DNA of 39,252 nucleotides, taken from NCBI GenBank assembly GCA_028282445.1, contig JANQHZ010000535.1:1-39252 (forward strand), read 5' to 3'. Shown one piece after another: positions 23,647 through 31,521 of this stretch; positions within the stretch are counted from its first letter, which is position 1; each line of letters opens with the position of its first letter. Below the pieces are notes generated by a model that worked only from the letters and a program-made list of their open reading frames with translations, was not told the DNA's origin and did no database searches. This DNA is from Candidatus Binatia bacterium. Lineage in GTDB: Bacteria > Desulfobacterota > Binatia > HRBIN30 > CADEER01. The translations under genes and the position numbers were made by a program.

Positions 23647-24597
23647 TCAATTCACAGTATTCCGGCTTTCTGTGAATTTTTTTGCCCGGGTGATGACGTT
23701 TCTCAGGGTCGAGAACGGAATCGTCTTGTCTGGGCCAACAAACGTCACCGTTCTCGCGTCGCGATCAACCTCGACGGCTGTGATACTCAGCCGTCCGTTG
23801 TACATGTCCCCATCAATCAGATCGGCGCACTCGTCCTCGTTCGCAAGCGTCTTCACTACGTCCACCAACGAGGTTCTTCGAATCCCTCCCGTGGTCCAGT
23901 CGTCACGTTCGGAACAGCTATCAGAATCATACACGAGCGCGCGGCGGACGAGTTCGACATGATCCATGATCCGCCCCCTCTTTTTCTTTCCTGCCACACT
24001 CGAAAGCTGACGACGCGCCCAAACAGCAGCAAGAGCCCGCAACTCCGGGGAACGGCGACGAGCCTGGTAGTCGCGGATCGCAAACCCGGCCGAGAAGACT
24101 TCCCTAATGATCCTTCCGATCTCAGGGATCCTGTCGCCCATTTCCTCGATACGCTCCAGAAGCGCGATCGTCTGGGATGCTGTGGCAGCCAGCTCAGCCT
24201 CGGACCAAGACTCAGCCTTGTCGACAATCGGGTGCACCTCACGAGCCGGGGGGATCTTCTTGCTATCGGGCGCGGGCAGGGGATCCAGCCACTCGTCGTC
24301 GTCCAGCGGGTCGAGGTCATCGCCGACCAAGTCAGCTCCAGGTCGCCCGCTGAGACTCGCTCCGGAGGCGCCGCCAGCGGCTTCGCTCTGCTCGACAAAC
24401 TCCTCACCCAGGGCGTCTGTCGCGCGCTCAGGGTGGTAGCCGAACGCTGGGAAGGGCTCCCCCAACAAATGCGGCCGGAGAACACGCCACGCATCCCGGT
24501 CGCCGCATAATTCAGCGAGCCGATCCTCGGCCCGACTGCGAGTGCGCTCCAGCCAACGCCGGAGCCACTTGACCTGCTCAGTGGGATTATCCGTCAT
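23647..24597 (-). CDS. Hypothetical island protein (316 aa from the ATG at 24597)
   Basis: The ORF track gives 23647-24708. The internal ATG at 24595-24597 (MTDNPTEQVKWL...) avoids a hydrophobic, low-complexity 5' extension. Acidic central linker. No recognisable motif. Confidence 0.6.
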   Translation of the reverse strand: MTDNPTEQVKWLRRWLERTRSRAEDRLAELCGDRDAWRVLRPHLLGEPFPAFGYHPERATDALGEEFVEQSEAAGGASGASLSGRPGADLVGDDLDPLDDDEWLDPLPAPDSKKIPPAREVHPIVDKAESWSEAELAATASQTIALLERIEEMGDRIPEIGRIIREVFSAGFAIRDYQARRRSPELRALAAVWARRQLSSVAGKKKRGRIMDHVELVRRALVYDSDSCSERDDWTTGGIRRTSLVDVVKTLANEDECADLIDGDMYNGRLSITAVEVDRDARTVTFVGPDKTIPFSTLRNVITRAKKFTESRNTVN

Positions 24598-24927
24598 AGC
24601 GACCCCTCCACCATGCAGCGTAGACGAACGGTGGTGAGGAGTCATCGGATGCACAGCGAAGAGTTCGAGAGCAGTCGGTAACACCAAAAGTAGCACCTGC
24701 TTTGTCACAATTGGTTGTTCCGAGAGGGCTATAGGGGGGCAGCCCCACCTTCCGAGAGGGTTACGTGGAAAACCGACACCGCTTTCTCCCGAGCGATGCC
24801 GGACACCTTGCGCGACCGGGCGACCAAGCAGCTTGGACCGGTAAGAGTTCGTAACCCCGGCGCCACTTCTCGGGTCCTCGAACTTCTGCCACGCAGCAAA
24901 TCACGACCAAATCTCATCGCCTCAATC

Positions 24928-26922
24928 ATGCGGGGGGCTGCACTAGGGATCGCGATCGTCCTGATCGCCGCACCGATAGCGACTGCGGATGTAGGGCTGC
25001 AGTTCGAAGGCTGGTTTCGGCTCTTCCAGAGACCACCGCGGGGCGTCTCCGACTTCTCGGTAAGCCGAGATGGCGCCTTGATCGGTACCTCTGGCACCAT
25101 GGTGTCGACCCGTCAGGGGCTCTGTCCCTTCCGACCTGCGCCGGGCAGCCTCACTATCGCCGATCCGCTCAGCGGCGGCGTTTACGTTGGAGGCGACCGC
25201 TCCCCCTTCGGCCTCGAGCTGTTTGCCACCGAAGCGGGCTGGACCGGCCCTTCCCCCTATTTCGAGGATATCGGCCCCTTCCGCGGGCTCGCCTTCTCGC
25301 CTGACGGTATGAATCTGTACGCGGCTCACGCGCTTCGCGATGAGATCGTGACGTTCTCCAGAGAACCGGTTTCAGCTCAGCTCTTCCCAGTCCAAGAACA
25401 GACAAACGGCGCCTGTGGCGTTCTCTCGATGGCGGACGTTGTCGATCTCCTCGTCGCCGGCGACGGCGGCCATCTATACGTTGCCTCCCGCGGATCCGGA
25501 TCGATCGTGATCTTCGAGCGTGATTCCAACATGGGCCACCTGCGCGTCGCGGGAACCGAGCCACTGCCACCAGCCCGCTCGCGCCTGGGAAACTCCATTT
25601 CGGTTGCGTCAGCACCCAACGGCCAGCAGATCTACGTCGCTGACGAGTCGACCTCGGGGATCTACGTTTACGATCGAGACCCAGAGGCGGGGACGCTGCG
25701 ACTCATCCAGTCAGTCATCGATGGCAACGGATTCACGGGGATCGCGGGAATCCGCGCGATCGCAGTGCGTGCCGACGGCGGGGCCGTTTACGCTGCGGGG
25801 ACAACGGATGACGCCGTTGTCGTGTTTCTCAGAGACGCCCAGTCGGGCGAGCTCCGATTCCGCCAAGTCCATCGGAATCTTGTCGATCGGATTCAGACAC
25901 TCAATGGCCCTCGCCGGATTCGGATAAGCAGTACCGGCGAATCTGTCTACGTCGCAGCCGGCGAGTTCATCAACGAGTTCAGCCACGTCGATCTACCGAC
26001 GGCAACTCCTACGATCACCCCCGGGGGGCCGACGCTGACGCCGTCGATGACTCCAACCCGGCTCGCCACCTGGACGCGAACCCGAACCGGAACCGCTACT
26101 CGGACCAAGACTCGAACCAAAACCAGGACGGCCAGCCCAACGTTCGATGTTCGACAGGTGACCTGGACACCGACCGAGACCTATCTGCCTACCCGGACGA
26201 GAACGCCAACCCGAACCCCCACACAGAGCTGCACGCCATCTCACACAGCCACCGGGTCACCACCTACATTCACACCGACCGAGACACCGACAGCGACATC
26301 CACGAGCATTCCAACCGCAACCTCGCCCCCCACACAGACGAATACGCCGACATCGCGAGACACTCAGCCGCCCCCAGCAACACCAACCCCGACCACTACG
26401 ATCGGCCGTGAGGGCTGCGCGGGAGACTGCGATGGAGACGATCGGGTGTCCATCGCAGAGCTGGTCCTGGGCGTACGAATCAATATGGGGTTGGCAGTGA
26501 TTGACGATTGTTCCGCGGCGAACTCAGACCTCCAGCCCGGCGTCTCAATTGCTGACTTGGTAAGGGCGGTCGAATCCAGCTTGGCCGGCTGCAGGACCCA
26601 GTCGCATCCCAGTCCGACTGCCACTCGACTCGCCATCTGCGGTGCAGTCGGCGAAGGGGTCGGTGGTCCGAACGTCGCTCGCGCGCATGGGGTGACCGTG
26701 ACTCTGAATCCTGGCAGAAGGCAGGCCCTCACGAGCGGTATAAACTCCCTGTTTTGCTTCGCCGACGTCGAACCGGGCCTTTACACCCTCTCCGCAACCC
26801 GCAACGGGAGCAGCTGCAATCCCGCCGGATGCTGGGAAACGGAGACCCTTGAGATCCTCGACATGTCGATCACGGACGTTTTCATCCAACGCTTTGCGCT
26901 GACAAGAGGCACCAGGCCCTAG
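24928..26922 (+). CDS. Secreted beta-propeller protein (lactonase-type blades) with PT-rich linker, dockerin/EF-hand-like module and C-terminal CarboxypepD_reg-like domain
   Basis: ATG at 24928 gives the signal peptide MRGAALGIAIVLIAAPIATA. Repeated blades LYAAHALRDEIVTFSRE, LYVASRGSGSIVIFERD, IYVADESTSGIYVYDRD and VYAAGTTDDAVVVFLRD. TPT linker, then GDCDGDDRVSIAELVLGV. Confidence 0.8.
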   Translation: MRGAALGIAIVLIAAPIATADVGLQFEGWFRLFQRPPRGVSDFSVSRDGALIGTSGTMVSTRQGLCPFRPAPGSLTIADPLSGGVYVGGDRSPFGLELFATEAGWTGPSPYFEDIGPFRGLAFSPDGMNLYAAHALRDEIVTFSREPVSAQLFPVQEQTNGACGVLSMADVVDLLVAGDGGHLYVASRGSGSIVIFERDSNMGHLRVAGTEPLPPARSRLGNSISVASAPNGQQIYVADESTSGIYVYDRDPEAGTLRLIQSVIDGNGFTGIAGIRAIAVRADGGAVYAAGTTDDAVVVFLRDAQSGELRFRQVHRNLVDRIQTLNGPRRIRISSTGESVYVAAGEFINEFSHVDLPTATPTITPGGPTLTPSMTPTRLATWTRTRTGTATRTKTRTKTRTASPTFDVRQVTWTPTETYLPTRTRTPTRTPTQSCTPSHTATGSPPTFTPTETPTATSTSIPTATSPPTQTNTPTSRDTQPPPATPTPTTTIGREGCAGDCDGDDRVSIAELVLGVRINMGLAVIDDCSAANSDLQPGVSIADLVRAVESSLAGCRTQSHPSPTATRLAICGAVGEGVGGPNVARAHGVTVTLNPGRRQALTSGINSLFCFADVEPGLYTLSATRNGSSCNPAGCWETETLEILDMSITDVFIQRFALTRGTRP

Positions 26923-27037
26923 GCGGCTAGCGCTACCCCACATCGCAACCACGCACGCGGCCCACGACCCCGGGAAGGGCGGGCCGCTAACCGTTCGGAC
27001 AGGCAGCTGACCAACACACTTCGGCGGGATCAAGACG

Positions 27038-28453
27038 CTACGGGCAGCCCAGTAGGGAGTTCCGGACCGCTCGAATCAACTCCGCGATCGTGACGACTCG
27101 GTCTCCGTCGTCGTCACCCAGGCAGGGCTCCGGCGGCGCCACGGTTGTCCCAACTACCGTAGCTGTGTGCGTCGGAACCGCTGTAGCAGTTGGCTCAGTC
27201 GGCTTCACACTTGGAGCAAGCGACGAAGTTGGCGTCTGGGTAGCGGTTTGAGTGCTCGTCGGGAGTATTGTCGGCGGCGATGCCTCGGGAACGCTTGGCG
27301 TCACTGTTGGTTCTGGCGCAGGCGGGCACTCCTGAACCGAGGCGACCGCAGCTGCTCCGGCGGGTCGAAAGGGCTCAGGAATCACCAACGGGGGTCGTAC
27401 TTCGCTTTTCTCGACAACATCAAAGACGGAGAAACCCGCGACCAAGTAGCGCCCGTCGGGCGTAAAGGACAAGCCACGCATCTCGTCCAGATCTAGCTCG
27501 TCGACGATCTCGTGCGTCGCCGTATCGATCACTTCCCCAGTGCTCACGTAAAGAAGTTCATTGTTGGGAGTCAAAGCGAAATCGAGAATTTGGCCTGAAA
27601 GGACGCTGCCTATCGGGATGGCGTCGACAATTTCACTAGTGACCAAGTCGAGCACCCACACGGATCGCTGCCCCCCTGGGCTTTCAATCCCGATGAGGAA
27701 GGCTTTCGATCCGTCATCCGCGATGAGGATTCCGTCAGCGTTTAAGGACAACCTCATCGGGCCAGAACGCCAGAGTGAAATTCCGCCGAGGACTGCACAT
27801 CTGAGACAGTCCGGATCCAATGCGATGGCTTCCGCATCGATGATCTTCAGCTCAGTGTCGCACGAGATGTAGACAGTTGATCCGTCAGGCGAAATAGCCA
27901 GTGCCTTGGGACCACAGTTCAGGTCGCTCCGCCTCCCGTAGTTGATGTCTCCCAGGACGGATAGCGACTCCAAATCGACGACGGTTACTGTGCTTCCCGG
28001 CGTCGGCGGGGACGTGCACTGGGGAGCATCACCACAACCGTTGAAAACGTACGCATGCCCATGGGAGCTGAACGTTATCCCCTTCGGGAATGCGCCGAGC
28101 GGTAGCGTCTTGGTGACAACGTTCGTGTTGGCATCGATGACCGACAAGGATCCGAACCGACACTGATCGAAACCGGAGCATTGCCCATCCCCGCACTGGT
28201 TCACGGAGAAGATCTGCTGGGTCGCAGAGTGGATCGCGACCGCAACCGGCCCAGCACCGACTTCTACCTGCTCAACGTTGGGGACATGGCCATCTCTATC
28301 GAGGTCTTCGCCGTCAAACACAAAGACGGAGCCATCGCACTCAGGCAGGGGAAATTCGCCCGCAACATACACACAAGATCCCGCTTCGACAGCTGCAGAG
28401 TAAATCGCGGCGACTACGAACTGAACTAGTGCACCACCAAGCAATGGTCTCAT
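27038..28453 (-). CDS. Secreted YVTN-type beta-propeller protein with PT-rich linker and C-terminal dockerin/EF-hand-like module
   Basis: ATG at 28451-28453 gives the signal-like MRPLLGGALVQFVVAAIYSAAV. YVTN-like repeats (VYISCDTELKIIDAEA, LYVSTGEVIDTATHEIVDEL). C-terminal GDDDGDRVVTIAELIRAV. The ORF-track 5' extension is Arg-rich and improbable. Confidence 0.75.
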   Translation of the reverse strand: MRPLLGGALVQFVVAAIYSAAVEAGSCVYVAGEFPLPECDGSVFVFDGEDLDRDGHVPNVEQVEVGAGPVAVAIHSATQQIFSVNQCGDGQCSGFDQCRFGSLSVIDANTNVVTKTLPLGAFPKGITFSSHGHAYVFNGCGDAPQCTSPPTPGSTVTVVDLESLSVLGDINYGRRSDLNCGPKALAISPDGSTVYISCDTELKIIDAEAIALDPDCLRCAVLGGISLWRSGPMRLSLNADGILIADDGSKAFLIGIESPGGQRSVWVLDLVTSEIVDAIPIGSVLSGQILDFALTPNNELLYVSTGEVIDTATHEIVDELDLDEMRGLSFTPDGRYLVAGFSVFDVVEKSEVRPPLVIPEPFRPAGAAAVASVQECPPAPEPTVTPSVPEASPPTILPTSTQTATQTPTSSLAPSVKPTEPTATAVPTHTATVVGTTVAPPEPCLGDDDGDRVVTIAELIRAVRNSLLGCP

Positions 28454-28529
28454 GAAATCCGGCTTTACAGCGTCCCAGAAACAACCGCAAAGCCAAGAAA
28501 GCTGTTCCGAAAGAGCCTGTCGAGGCGAG

Positions 28530-29108
28530 TCAGCCGGATCTGCCAGCGAACGACGGAATGCGGGTGGCGACGTCAATCGTCCAAGTGTCCGCCGGCATTG
28601 AAACCATCGGCGGATCATCGCCCGCCTCAATCGCTTCGCGCGCCGCCGACGCAACCGTCTCCTTAGTGAACTCGGCGAGGTCGTACAGCGTCCTCACGAC
28701 TGGATCCAGATCGCCAACCCGCGCTGCGTCGCCAATCGTCGCATAGCCGGCTTCGACTTCCACCGGATCCCCTTTAAACGGAACGCGCAGGATTCGAGGT
28801 GCGGTTCCATCGAATCCTGCGACGAGGAATGTCGCACTGATGCGCCGGCCGTCCCTATACTGCGAGAGTTCCTCGGCGATGCTCGCCAGAGAATCGGTTG
28901 GCTCAAAGGACGAGCCGATAGCCCTGAGGGCAGGCGTAGGATCACCGCGCACGCCATTCACGGCCGCACCGAAAATCGCAGATCCCGCGCGAAACAACTT
29001 CCCCATCGGTGGAAGTCGCGCCCACGCTCCATCTTCCTTTGTGAGGGCGAGCGTGTCGGCTGAAATAGCCAAGCCCTGCTTGTTCCTTGCAGCAACTACG
29101 AGAGTCAT
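28530..29108 (-). CDS. Proteasome-beta/HslV-like Ntn-hydrolase family protein
   Basis: The first ATG (29106-29108) gives M-TLVVAARNKQGLAISADT.... That places Thr directly after Met and Asp at position 17 counted from that Thr, as in proteasome beta subunits and HslV. Also FLVAGFDG and ATIGDAA in the expected order. The ORF-track start at 29171 is a TTG. Confidence 0.6.
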   Translation of the reverse strand: MTLVVAARNKQGLAISADTLALTKEDGAWARLPPMGKLFRAGSAIFGAAVNGVRGDPTPALRAIGSSFEPTDSLASIAEELSQYRDGRRISATFLVAGFDGTAPRILRVPFKGDPVEVEAGYATIGDAARVGDLDPVVRTLYDLAEFTKETVASAAREAIEAGDDPPMVSMPADTWTIDVATRIPSFAGRSG

Positions 29109-29160
29109 GTCGACAAGAGGGCCTCGCCTGTGGCTGGGGCTGCGATTCGCCCGCTCAGGA

Positions 29161-29496
29161 TCAGCTGTCAATCACGGTCGAGAGAGCACCCCCGTCAAAT
29201 ACGATCCGGACGCTCCACCGCTCTAGAGTCGCTGCCAACTCTGAGCTCTTTAGGAATTCGACAAAGATGTCTTTCGGGACATCTTGGGAGAACTCATACG
29301 TAATCGTGAGGGTGGTTTCGCCCGCGCGCGGTTCAGTAGGCCCAGCGCCCGATCGGAGGATCCGGGGATTGATCCTAAATATGTGGCTCCGCCGATTCGG
29401 ATCGTACGCATCAGACAGCCGGCCAGGGTAGTACTTCGCGAGATAGTCGCGCACCATTCCAACTACGCGTTCGTCGCATTCGGTCGTATTTTCCAT
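29161..29496 (-). CDS. Hypothetical small protein (111 aa) upstream of the Ntn hydrolase
   Basis: ATG-initiated ORF on the same strand, 81 nt downstream of the integrase stop and 52 nt upstream of the Ntn-hydrolase ATG. No recognisable motif. Confidence 0.5.
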   Translation of the reverse strand: MENTTECDERVVGMVRDYLAKYYPGRLSDAYDPNRRSHIFRINPRILRSGAGPTEPRAGETTLTITYEFSQDVPKDIFVEFLKSSELAATLERWSVRIVFDGGALSTVIDS

Positions 29497-29577
29497 ATGT
29501 CGCTACCTATTCCGGATGATCTAAGGTTCTCTCAGAACGCAGGAAGGTGTCCACCTTGGCGGAGCCTCCGCCGACGG

Positions 29578-30816
29578 TCACCCATCCTTCGATTCGGGGC
29601 CGAGAGCAGCATGAATCCGCCGCGAGACTTCGTCGGCCGCGCGCAGCAAGGGAACGGAATCCTGGCTCACGTAGCGACCAGTGATCGCGAGCGTCTTGTG
29701 GCCGAGGATGTCGCGGACCAAAAAGGAGTTGAGTCCAGACTGACCGGCAAATGTGCCTACGGTGTGCCGCAGGTCGTGGATCCGGGCCTTCAGGCCGGCT
29801 TTGTCACGAATACGCCGCCAGGCGCACTCTAAGGTGTTCTTCGAGAGTGGGCTGCCCGACTGCGTACCCGGCACGACGAAGTCGCCTCGACGCTCCAACG
29901 TTCGAATATACTCGCGGGCCGGGGCACCGAGCGGCACTGCCTTCGCCCCTGTCTTGCTATCAGGCAAGAAGAGCATGCTCGCCTCGAGGTCGACGTCTTT
30001 CCACCTCAGATCCAGCAGCTCGCTCATGCGGCACCCGGTAAGCGCCAGCAGACGCAACGCGATGATCACACCTGGGGTGGTACGCCCGGTGTCTTCCTCG
30101 CCAATCAGGACCTCTCCGAGCTTGGTCAACTCCGCTTCGGTCAGGAAGCTCTTTCGCTCTTTCTCCGGAAACCTCCGGACGAGGCGGCAGGGGTTGGAAC
30201 CCTCCGAGCGAATCCCCCAGATCTCGGCAAGGTTGAACAGCTTGCTGAGCAGCGCCAGGGTGCGGTTGGCTTCGTACGGTGTCTTCTGAAGCGAGTTGTG
30301 GACCCTGATCACATCCTCCCGCACAACGGCATCCGCGTTGATCGGCCCGAGGGCGGGGCGGACCCGCTTCGCGATCAGCCGGCGATCCTCGCGCACGCTC
30401 GACTCCTTCTTCTGAACGAGCGCGTAGTCCTCGATGTATCGATCGCAAAGCTCGCCGACCGTGCGAGCGCGACGCATCGCCTTCCGATCGGCGGAAGGGT
30501 CGCCGCCCTGTTGCACCTCGACGAGCTTGAGCCGGGCGAGTCGACGCGCTTCCTCGGCCGTCAGCACTCCGTGTTTGCCGATCGCGTAGCGGCGGGTCCT
30601 TCCGCCTTGGTTGCGGTACTGAATGACGTACGTCCGCACGCCGGACGGCTTCACGCGCAGCCCGAAGCTGCGCAGCTCACTGTCCCAGACCCATACCTCA
30701 GCATCGTCCGCGACGATCGATTCGACGAAGCGTTTGGTTAGCTTGGCTCTCCGCGGCGATTCGTCGGCGGACCGGCGAAGCGCGCGCGCCTCGCTGAGCT
30801 GTGCGACCCGGCCCAT
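29578..30816 (-). CDS. int: Tyrosine recombinase / phage-type integrase with DUF4102-like arm-binding N-terminus
   Basis: 412-aa ORF. N-terminal LTKRFVESI...VWDSELRSFGLRVKPSGVRTYVIQYR (P4-type Arm domain). Catalytic-region motifs ALTGCRMSELLDLRW, HDLRHT and LGHKTLAITGRY. Confidence 0.9.
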   Translation of the reverse strand: MGRVAQLSEARALRRSADESPRRAKLTKRFVESIVADDAEVWVWDSELRSFGLRVKPSGVRTYVIQYRNQGGRTRRYAIGKHGVLTAEEARRLARLKLVEVQQGGDPSADRKAMRRARTVGELCDRYIEDYALVQKKESSVREDRRLIAKRVRPALGPINADAVVREDVIRVHNSLQKTPYEANRTLALLSKLFNLAEIWGIRSEGSNPCRLVRRFPEKERKSFLTEAELTKLGEVLIGEEDTGRTTPGVIIALRLLALTGCRMSELLDLRWKDVDLEASMLFLPDSKTGAKAVPLGAPAREYIRTLERRGDFVVPGTQSGSPLSKNTLECAWRRIRDKAGLKARIHDLRHTVGTFAGQSGLNSFLVRDILGHKTLAITGRYVSQDSVPLLRAADEVSRRIHAALGPESKDG

Positions 30817-30920
30817 CTGTCAGTTCTCCAAGGACCGGACAGGGTGCGGGGAAGCACCGGGGAAGCAGAGAGAAGCAAATCTCATCGAAACCGGTGATAG
30901 CTCAGCGCAACCCAGAGGGC

Positions 30921-30941
30921 AACTAAATTATTGATTTAGTT
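30921..30941. promoter_or_regulatory. AT-rich palindrome between attR and the integrase start
   Basis: AACTAAAT-TATTG-ATTTAGTT is a perfect 8-bp inverted repeat with a 5-nt spacer, about 105 nt upstream of the int ATG. Confidence 0.3.
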
Positions 30942-30995
30942 ACTCTTTGTCGCACCGCAGCGAATTACAGAGAAGCTCGGAGCAAGGGGGCACAA

Positions 30996-31053
30996 CAGAC
31001 TCAAAATCTGTTGCGGGCAACCGCGTGGGAGTTCAAGTCTCCCCGAGGCCACT
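30996..31053 (+). repeat. attR: 58-bp direct repeat (duplicated tRNA-Leu 3' segment)
   Basis: Identical to 12036-12093. It lacks the tRNA 5' half, so it is not a functional tRNA. Confidence 0.9.
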
Positions 31054-31521
31054 CATATTTTTCAGGTAATTACGCTCCACCAGAACTCGCTGCCCGAGCG
31101 CCACTTCGGCAGCGGGTGCGAACCTCCGGGGTCGACCATTCTAGGTGCCTGATTGCGTTGAATTTGTCGCCAGTTTCGGACCCGATTGGGGGCTTAGAAC
31201 CTACATTCCGCACATTCCGAAGAGAGTAAATGCGGGATTTGGTTTGGCGGGCTATTGAATGTCAGCGCCGAATTGGTCGGGTGGGATTTCGAGAAGTTTC
31301 AGGACGGCGCGTTGTGCGTCGGACTCTAAGGACGGAATCAGGGCGTAAGAAATCGACGAACTCCGTCAAGCTCGAAGGGTTGCGGTGGTCCGACTCGTTC
31401 GCCCAGCGTTTATCACCGGCCCGCGCCTTCTCTCCACGATACCACGAGAACCTCCCAACTCTGCTGCCGTGCACGAAACTCGTTGGGTCGAAGGGGCTTC
31501 GAAACGGCGCGGCGAATATCC

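Larger units (their letters stand above)
12036..31053 (-). mobile_element. Integrative genomic island (P4-like satellite / integrative element) in tRNA-Leu, about 19 kb including both repeats
   Basis: Perfect 58-bp direct repeats at both ends. Tyrosine integrase next to attR, plus an AlpA-like excisionase and a primase. Nearly all genes are on the minus strand. The host palindromic repeat family is absent inside. Confidence 0.85.

Noticed and set aside
23369-23650. 5' extension of the primase ORF (878-aa version)
   Set aside because: The extension overlaps the well-supported AlpA-like gene in another frame and encodes low-complexity sequence. The internal ATG at 23368 sits 11 nt after the AlpA stop.
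31054-31521. Short ORFs (103 aa on the plus strand, 70 aa on the minus strand) and a protein-like 38-codon stretch (…SLESDAQRAVLKLLEIPPDQFGADIQ) right of attR
   Set aside because: No frame stays open long enough and I recognise no motif. It may be a decayed gene, but the evidence does not support a feature call.
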